This document shows, one piece after another, positions 56,822-64,000 of a stretch of 64,000 nt of DNA. This DNA is from a virus: positions 1 to 64,000 of the IMG/VR virus record IMGVR_UViG_3300035034_002799; one strand, written 5' to 3'. How positions within the stretch are numbered: the first letter of the stretch is position 1; every line of letters begins with the position of its first letter. Position numbers and translations under genes: made by a program. Below the pieces are notes generated by a model, which saw only the letters and a program-made list of their open reading frames with translations, did not search any database and had not been told where the DNA came from.

Positions 56822-59800
56822 ATGGCGAACGACCAGAATAACATGAAAAGAACTATTGACTATACATCTTATGATTTTGAAGCATTAAGAGATGAATTAA
56901 TTACCTATTTACAAGAAACTGGTTCTTTCAAGGATGTTCAATTTATTTCTTCAAATATCAGAACTTTAGTTGATCTATTCTCTTACATAGGTTCACTATT
57001 TGGTTATTATATTAACTCCGCAGCTAACGAAGTTTTTCTTCCTACTGCTAAGAGATATAAAAACTTAAATAAGATAGCTCAGCTTCTCCGATATGAACCA
57101 AGAGGAGTTACTTCTTCAAGAGTAAATGTAGTTGCTCAACTTTCTCCAGAATATGTTTTTAGTAAAGAATCTGTTGGTTTGGAGATTCCCGCCTATTCCA
57201 TATTTCCATCATCTAAACCTACTAATGATACTAATGAAAATTTTCAGTTTACTAATGATAAACCAGTTAACTATATCATCAAGGGTGTTGGTACCCGCCC
57301 AGTTCAAGCTAGTGATATTGAATATAAAGGGTATTCATTACCATACACTGCTCCTTTATCTTTCTGGAATAATAACTCAGGAGTTTATTTCCAGTCGAAT
57401 GGGATTGATATTCCTCTTTCTATGCAAAAGCAACTTAGAGTTATCGAAAACAACGATATTACTAATTATCGTGGATTTGATACCACTAATTACCCTCTAA
57501 TTAACCCATCAAGTAACCAAAGTGTTGGACAACCTTTCCAGAAAACTATTAAAACAAATGATTTTGGTTCTTTGTTAGTTCCTAACACTAGATATTTCTT
57601 AGTCATGAATTTTGATGACGCATCAAGTGACTCATACATGACAATCATCCAAAATGAATCTACTTTAGGTGATAAAATAGATGATGTTGTTGCAGTGTTA
57701 ATACTCGAAGCGACTGATAAAACAGGCGAGTTTTATACTCTTAAAGTAGATGAGATTAGAACTTTTCATAGATTCTACGTAGGTACTTTAGGGTTAACTA
57801 ATCTTGAATCCGTTTTTCTTGAATATGATCGTTTACCAAATAGAACAGACGGACTTGAAAAAATAAAAATGGTTATTAATAAAGATGGAAACTCTCCAGA
57901 CTTCGCTGTACTTGTAGATGGGGTTACATATGCGTTTAATAGTGGTACTATAGAAACACCAAAATATAAAGAGGATAATTGGGATAGAGATAGAGTAGAA
58001 TATAATCTTAATTTAGTAATTTCAAACCCAGACAGTCCAGAAACTAATTATGACGCAAAACTTGAAATTACATCAAATGAGCCATTATCTAATCAGGTAA
58101 CAATTGCTAAAATTTATACTAACTTCGTAGACCCAGATACTGGGACCCCAACTATTAAAACCCAAAGAGGTCGTAAATTTGGAGATTTTCAGATTGTAGA
58201 TAAAATTGAAACCAAGGGGGATATTCAAAAAGCTGGTACGGTTGATTTTAATTCAGGGGAAAATTTCTCCGCTGTTATTTTTAGTACTCCTTTTGAAAAT
58301 GATAACTATCAAGTTTCTTTGAGTTCACAGGAACCAATTAGGTCTTGGGTTGCTAACAAAAATGTTGAGGGGTTTACTATTTATGTGGAGCCAGGAAATA
58401 ACTTTGAGGGTAAAATAAGTTGGATAGCTACAAGTGTAATTGAGGAAAACATCAACGAAGTCAATGTTACTTTCTCAACTCCTATGTCTCTTTCAGTAAG
58501 CCCAGACGGTAATATTTCAAATTATATGGTACAACTAACTGCTAATGATAATGTTAATATGTGGTACGATAATCTTAATGAAAATGGGTTTACTATTAAG
58601 ACTGAAAAGAATTTTAGAGGTCATGTATCATGGTCAGCTTTTAATTTCTTTGCTGATGGTACAGTTCCTCAAGAAAACGTAAATTCTTTAAGACAAAGAG
58701 GTAATATTGTTTTCAGAAGCGATGACTTAATAAATGGAATAGATATTGAGTTTGAAGTTCCTATAAATGATGAAAATTACGCAATTCAACTAACTCCTGA
58801 TAAAGATGTTAATGTTTGGTATACGAAAAAATCATCAAATGGATTTACTATTAACATAGAACCAAGTTCAGAGGAACCCGTTAGAGAAGTTGTTATTGAA
58901 TGGATTGTTGATATTACTTCCGAATATACTTTCCAAAAACACGGAGAGATTAAATTCCGTGGGCAGGATACTTTAAATAGTCAAATTCCTGGCTTACAAT
59001 TTGTAAACATTTCTGAATCTTTTCAAATCCCTGATCTAATTGAAGGTCAGCCATCTATATCGTTTATTAGCTCCAACGCTGTTGTTGATTCAGATAAGAA
59101 CGGACTACAACTTTCACTTGATCCTGTTAGATTTTACGAAACGGATATTCGTTTCGTTGTTAATAATAAAAATATTTCAACAAACGGTATTAGAGTTTTT
59201 GTTAAAAACGAAGAGGGTAAATGGGACGAGTGGGACCGAGCTAGTTTAGTTACGAATAAAAATACCGCCGCAGGAGAAAAGATTTACATAATAAGAGTCA
59301 ACCCTGAAGAAAAAGTTCTTATTGAATTTGGAGACGGTGATAATTGGGGAACTAGTGTCCTTGATAAAGAGGTTCTTATTTTAGGATTAATATCTGTTGG
59401 TGAAAGTGGAAATATTAATAGAAGAACCTTAGATAAAAGAGTCATTCTCTCCCAGTACATTTTAGGTAATGATATTACTAATATTGATTTTGAGCAAAAC
59501 TTTATTAATCTAATTGGTCTTAAAAATGAATTATACTTCGAAGGTAGAGTTCCAGAGACTTCTATTTTAGACAGTGAACGAACACTTATTCCTCAAAATA
59601 AATTATTAATTGTTCAAAACCAAAACGCATTTGGTGGTAATGATATTGAAACAGCTAATGAGCTTAGAAAAAACGCAAACAACTTTTTCGTCTCTCAGAA
59701 TCGTTTGGTGTCTCTAGATGATTACGAGCGATTTTCTCGTCAGGCGTTTTCTGATTACTTAATTAAAACAAAAGTATTATCATATACAGAAGTCAAACAA

Positions 59801-60433
59801 CAGAATCTTTTAAGTGACGAAGAATTAGAACAATATTGGTTTAATCATGTGTTTCTAGTTGGTTTAAATGCTGATGGTTCAAATATTATTCCGAAGAACT
59901 TACGCGAATTTATTTCAGGGCAGCTTGATGATAATAAATTTAGGTTAATTGGTGCTGATCATGAAGTCATATCTGCTACTTGGGTTCCTATTGATGTAGC
60001 CATTAAATATAAGAAAACTGATTTCGGCAGTGCTCAGGCTATTGAAAATCAATTAAGAAATATTTTAATTGATTTCTTTAAATCGGATAACCACGAACTA
60101 GGTGCTAAAATTTATCATTCTAAGTTAATTAATCTTCTTTCTGTCGATAATGTTGAGTCTATAGAAGTATTTTTAAATAGAGATGAAAATAATACTTTAA
60201 AAGCAAGCGACTATGATGTTGATTTTAGAACTGATGAACCAGATCAAAATGTAGCAATAAGAAACCGCCTGATGGAACTTATGGCTAAAGATAAATCTCT
60301 TGCTAAGATATATCAGCCACTTTTTGATACACTTAAATCTGACGGGACAAGAGAATGGAATTTTAGCTTGGATATACAATTATCTGATTTTGAGTTTCCA
60401 CAACTTGGTGATGTTACGATTGAAAGAGAATAA
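56822..60433 (+). CDS. 6: gp6-like baseplate wedge subunit with a large internal insertion
   Basis: DFEALRDELITYL, EVFLPTAK, IEFGDG..G, G.SGN, GGNDIET, SQNRLVSLDDY. Confidence 0.88.
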   Translation: MANDQNNMKRTIDYTSYDFEALRDELITYLQETGSFKDVQFISSNIRTLVDLFSYIGSLFGYYINSAANEVFLPTAKRYKNLNKIAQLLRYEPRGVTSSRVNVVAQLSPEYVFSKESVGLEIPAYSIFPSSKPTNDTNENFQFTNDKPVNYIIKGVGTRPVQASDIEYKGYSLPYTAPLSFWNNNSGVYFQSNGIDIPLSMQKQLRVIENNDITNYRGFDTTNYPLINPSSNQSVGQPFQKTIKTNDFGSLLVPNTRYFLVMNFDDASSDSYMTIIQNESTLGDKIDDVVAVLILEATDKTGEFYTLKVDEIRTFHRFYVGTLGLTNLESVFLEYDRLPNRTDGLEKIKMVINKDGNSPDFAVLVDGVTYAFNSGTIETPKYKEDNWDRDRVEYNLNLVISNPDSPETNYDAKLEITSNEPLSNQVTIAKIYTNFVDPDTGTPTIKTQRGRKFGDFQIVDKIETKGDIQKAGTVDFNSGENFSAVIFSTPFENDNYQVSLSSQEPIRSWVANKNVEGFTIYVEPGNNFEGKISWIATSVIEENINEVNVTFSTPMSLSVSPDGNISNYMVQLTANDNVNMWYDNLNENGFTIKTEKNFRGHVSWSAFNFFADGTVPQENVNSLRQRGNIVFRSDDLINGIDIEFEVPINDENYAIQLTPDKDVNVWYTKKSSNGFTINIEPSSEEPVREVVIEWIVDITSEYTFQKHGEIKFRGQDTLNSQIPGLQFVNISESFQIPDLIEGQPSISFISSNAVVDSDKNGLQLSLDPVRFYETDIRFVVNNKNISTNGIRVFVKNEEGKWDEWDRASLVTNKNTAAGEKIYIIRVNPEEKVLIEFGDGDNWGTSVLDKEVLILGLISVGESGNINRRTLDKRVILSQYILGNDITNIDFEQNFINLIGLKNELYFEGRVPETSILDSERTLIPQNKLLIVQNQNAFGGNDIETANELRKNANNFFVSQNRLVSLDDYERFSRQAFSDYLIKTKVLSYTEVKQQNLLSDEELEQYWFNHVFLVGLNADGSNIIPKNLREFISGQLDDNKFRLIGADHEVISATWVPIDVAIKYKKTDFGSAQAIENQLRNILIDFFKSDNHELGAKIYHSKLINLLSVDNVESIEVFLNRDENNTLKASDYDVDFRTDEPDQNVAIRNRLMELMAKDKSLAKIYQPLFDTLKSDGTREWNFSLDIQLSDFEFPQLGDVTIERE

Positions 60434-60445
60434 TAGGAGCTTTAG

Positions 60446-63400
60446 ATGGCTTTCAGCGCAAACTACGATGTTCTTGATGAAGGACCATATGCTAATCAAA
60501 AAACACAGTTCAAAGCTAGTTCTAGCATAGGATTTGTTGTTGATGATGGTAATGTCACCCTTGATGGTAATGTCACCCTTGATGAACTTACTTTGTCTAA
60601 CTATACAGTAACCCAAATAACTAAATACCAATGGGACTTCTCAGATGGTCACTTTTATAATAGTGAAAATGTAATACATAAATTTTTAACATCTAAAAGA
60701 GAAACAGTAGTTCTAAAAATTTGGTCTGAAGTGTTCCAATATAATGGTATTAATTTTCAATTTACATACACCATCACTAAATATATTGATGTTCAATCAA
60801 GATTTTATAAGTTTTTAATTGATAGATTGCCTCTTTGGGAATTTATTAAAAGTGATGAGATGGACGACTTGATTAAATCTGCTGGCAAGTTTTTTGACAG
60901 GATGCACTCCGATACTTCTGAATTGTTTAATTTAATTGACATTGATCGTATGAACCCCTCATTCTTCGAGTATATTTCCCAAACATTAGGACATGATTCT
61001 CTATACGCAAGTAAAGTTGGTTATGATCTAACTAGTAATGATATTGAAGATTATGATATCTTTGATAGGATCGCTCAAAATAAAGCATCAAGTGTAGAAA
61101 TAGACGCATTCCGCCAATTCTTACATCTTTCTGCTGAGTTTTTTCGTAATAAAGGCGCTCCTAATAACGTAAGTAATCTACTTAGTTTTATGGGTATAAA
61201 CGCAACCACAAAGGACTTGTGGACCAAAAATTGGGGAGTAACTATCAAAGGAACAACCTCAGAAAACTTCTTGAAACTTACTGACTTTGAAGATAACCGT
61301 CTTGGTCTTAAGTGGGAAGAAGTTAGGGCTGTAAGTATTAACAATGAAGATGGTCATTTCACATTACTTGATAATTCAATTATATTAGATACTTATAATG
61401 AAACTCAAAAAATTGAATATGATGCTGATGTTGTTAATGAAAATAGTGATGGTTGGGTGGAGTTTGAGCTTAATTATGAAACATCTAAAATCAAAGATAT
61501 TCTTAACCATAATGGTAAAGTAATAACTGGTTTTGCTAGTGATAGTACTACTGTTCCTAATGATCCCGTTCGTTACGATACATCTAAACCAGAAATCCTT
61601 CAAGTTAATCCAGCTATTCTTGAACAGGGTGACAGGATTTCTGTAAGATATGAGGTACCAAGAGACGATGAGTTAGATTCTTTTGTTGCTGTTACTGATA
61701 ATAAAGTTCAAAACTTTGACATAAACTTTAAGGTTAGTATTATTCCCGAAAATACAAGAACCAACCTTTATAGAAGTCCATCTAATGAAATATTTTTTGT
61801 TTTTCGTGGTATTGAAAATCTTGAATCTGATCCATATGCTCACTTCCAAGACTTTTATCGTTTTAATGTAAATACTGAAAAAAGTACATTTTCGGTATCT
61901 AAAATGGTTTATAATGAACAATTAGATGATTACCTTACTCAAAACATTAGTCTTGATTATGATAAAGATGATGTGTTTGAAGCTCTTATTTTATACCCTG
62001 ATGATCATATGAATGCAGGCGAAACTTTTTGTTTTAAGAAAGATACTATTTACGAATTCGTTGTTATGGTTAACGGAACTATGATTACTGCTGCCGTTCG
62101 AGAAAACGTAAAAGAAACCGCAATTCAAAAAGCCATAGATTCTAATCTTGGAACTAACGAATTCTTTGACGAAGAACCAGAACAGTTCATCTCTCTTTTA
62201 ACGGCTTTTAATTTTGATGTATCAGTAAAGAAAACTAAATCTGTTGACCGTATGGGTAATGAGATTTATTCGCAAGGGTATAATGTTATTAAAAAAGCAG
62301 GTAATTGGGGTATTGGTGTTAGAAATGGCATCATAAAAATCAAAGAAATAACTATTGATAACTTTGATCTTGATGAAACATTACTTAATAACACTGAAAA
62401 AGAATTACAGTGTAAGCCAGAATATCTTGAATTTGTTAAGAGACAACAATTACGCCTTGATAACTTTAAAAATACCAAGAGAGATTTTACTAAAGTAATT
62501 GATAATGACTATAACACATCAACTTCGAAATACACGTTATCTGATGAGGAGGCTAATTCTATTGAACTTCTTTATCTAGAAGAAGCAAATATACTTGAAG
62601 AATTAGGAACTCGCTATAACATCGAATTTGATGAAACTTGGGTATCCAATAACTTTGAAAATGATGATGAGTTAATTAGTAAAATTATAATCCCTATAGG
62701 TAGCCAATATAGTTCAGTGATTAACGAAAGTCGTTTATATGATTCAAGTACATACCGTGATTTTTATGGTAATCAAGAAGCACTATCTGGTGCCCCAGGT
62801 TTATTCGCTGCTAACTTAAGCACAGTCCTTGATAATTATCCTACAGTACCTTTTGATCAATTCTCTACACTTATTAGACAAGAAGAATATTCCACAACAT
62901 TTACAATTAATAAAAAACTCGATCAATTTAAAAACTTAAGCGGTCAAACATTTACGTATGGTGGAGTTTGGGAAGAAGTTACGCCTCTATCTAATGTATT
63001 CGAATCTATTAATCCAGATATTACTCTTGATGATACAAGTATTTTCTTTAATAAACTATTCTTACCTATTATTGTTGATAATAATGATGGAGATAAAATA
63101 ATAGGCGTTAGGTTTAAAACGTGCGATCATATTACTTCTTTAATCAATCGTTATGGTACTGAAATTAACTCTGAGGTTATGCTTTGGGGTAGCTTTAAAT
63201 TCCATTTACCTTGTTATAGTGTACAGCATCGCCCAAATATAAACCACGAACTAAAAACCTCTTCCAAATTTAAAGGTCATTTTGAAATTGATATATTTGT
63301 TCCTCTTGGTGTTTTAAATACTGACATTCAGGATTATAAACTTGGATTAGAATTTATTAAAATCACCAATGCGTCTCCTTCGTTAATCGAATTAAATGGT

Positions 63401-64000
63401 GTGTTCTGTAAGCTTAATACAACCAAAGCGACTTTTAGTGGTAACATAGTTACCCTAAAATCGGCTAATCAATTTGAGAGTGTAGAAAAGGGAACAGTAT
63501 GTCGTTACTTTATGTCTTCTAATTTAAATGTAGTAACTAGTTTAGAAAAACCTGTTTCTAATGATCCAACTAAGCAACATAATATATTCCCACTTTCTCT
63601 TAACACTAGAAAATTCTTACATACTCTTGAGGATACTAACACATATAGTTACGAAAATGATTATGATTGGTGGGTACCTAAAGAAGTTTGGAGAATAAGA
63701 GAATATGAAGTTCTTGAAGTTAATGAAGATGTTGATATTCTTACGGGATTGAATCATTCTCAAAATAATACTTACAGTAAACTCTGGTTTGGTAGAGAAG
63801 TGGCTCCTAGTTCAGAAAATGTTAAGAGTTTACGAATTCGTTTACTTGATGGGAACATTACACCAGGGGTTAGTTATTATGCTAAAGTAAAAGTTTATAT
63901 TCAGTATAGTGGCTTTAATACAGCCCAGATTGATAATTTAACAGAACATGGTCGTCAGTCTCTTAGCGTCTCTGGGGGAGACTCTACAATTTATGAATAT
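60446..64000 (+). CDS. Large baseplate/tail structural protein (gp7-like or P2 gpI-like), truncated by the window end
   Basis: AGGAG RBS and ATG at 60446; PKD-like YQWDFSDG, then IDIDRMNPSFFEYISQTLG..FFRNKG; the same frame is still coding at 64000; not every codon in between was checked. Confidence 0.75.
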   Translation, partial: MAFSANYDVLDEGPYANQKTQFKASSSIGFVVDDGNVTLDGNVTLDELTLSNYTVTQITKYQWDFSDGHFYNSENVIHKFLTSKRETVVLKIWSEVFQYNGINFQFTYTITKYIDVQSRFYKFLIDRLPLWEFIKSDEMDDLIKSAGKFFDRMHSDTSELFNLIDIDRMNPSFFEYISQTLGHDSLYASKVGYDLTSNDIEDYDIFDRIAQNKASSVEIDAFRQFLHLSAEFFRNKGAPNNVSNLLSFMGINATTKDLWTKNWGVTIKGTTSENFLKLTDFEDNRLGLKWEEVRAVSINNEDGHFTLLDNSIILDTYNETQKIEYDADVVNENSDGWVEFELNYETSKIKDILNHNGKVITGFASDSTTVPNDPVRYDTSKPEILQVNPAILEQGDRISVRYEVPRDDELDSFVAVTDNKVQNFDINFKVSIIPENTRTNLYRSPSNEIFFVFRGIENLESDPYAHFQDFYRFNVNTEKSTFSVSKMVYNEQLDDYLTQNISLDYDKDDVFEALILYPDDHMNAGETFCFKKDTIYEFVVMVNGTMITAAVRENVKETAIQKAIDSNLGTNEFFDEEPEQFISLLTAFNFDVSVKKTKSVDRMGNEIYSQGYNVIKKAGNWGIGVRNGIIKIKEITIDNFDLDETLLNNTEKELQCKPEYLEFVKRQQLRLDNFKNTKRDFTKVIDNDYNTSTSKYTLSDEEANSIELLYLEEANILEELGTRYNIEFDETWVSNNFENDDELISKIIIPIGSQYSSVINESRLYDSSTYRDFYGNQEALSGAPGLFAANLSTVLDNYPTVPFDQFSTLIRQEEYSTTFTINKKLDQFKNLSGQTFTYGGVWEEVTPLSNVFESINPDITLDDTSIFFNKLFLPIIVDNNDGDKIIGVRFKTCDHITSLINRYGTEINSEVMLWGSFKFHLPCYSVQHRPNINHELKTSSKFKGHFEIDIFVPLGVLNTDIQDYKLGLEFIKITNASPSLIELNGVFCKLNTTKATFSGNIVTLKSANQFESVEKGTVCRYFMSSNLNVVTSLEKPVSNDPTKQHNIFPLSLNTRKFLHTLEDTNTYSYENDYDWWVPKEVWRIREYEVLEVNEDVDILTGLNHSQNNTYSKLWFGREVAPSSENVKSLRIRLLDGNITPGVSYYAKVKVYIQYSGFNTAQIDNLTEHGRQSLSVSGGDSTIYEY
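60545..60580 (+). repeat. Perfect 18-bp tandem duplication GATGGTAATGTCACCCTT (DGNVTL x2)
   Basis: Read directly from the sequence. Confidence 0.9.

Noticed and set aside
61075-62478. Short minus-strand ORFs in the last 3.5 kb
   Set aside because: They are antisense to the long + strand ORF starting at 60446, which the track probably omitted because it has no stop inside the window.
1-64000. Alternative genetic code or tRNA genes
   Set aside because: Core genes are full length under the standard code with TAA, TAG and TGA all used as stops; I recognised no tRNA cloverleaf.

Overview
AT-rich segment of a large T4-like (myovirus, probably jumbo) phage genome. It carries the T4-type replication, recombination and late-transcription core (gp46, gp47, gp55, gp43, UvsX, gp41, gp33-like, gp32, gp45, gp44, gp62, RegA, gp61), a class II ribonucleotide reductase with an intein, an NAD-dependent DNA ligase, HNH and Cas4-like nucleases, and the start of the baseplate module (gp5, gp25, gp6 and a partial gp7-like ORF). 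About 25 glycan genes are interleaved with this core. They include Ugd, RmlB, an RmlC-RmlD fusion, a Gmd(+intein)/ColD/Fcl set consistent with GDP-colitose synthesis, about ten glycosyltransferases, and an unusual operon (CMP-transferase-cupin, cupin, SDR, AroB-like cyclase, two dehydrogenases, GT29-SIS fusion). The next transferase gene is frameshifted at a G9 tract. Regulatory signals read from the sequence: TATAAATA late promoters, sigma70-like promoters with a recurring 16-nt spacer, tandem NrdR-like boxes before nrdJ, and a hairpin that masks the gp46 RBS. All protein calls come from motif recognition by eye, not from database searches.
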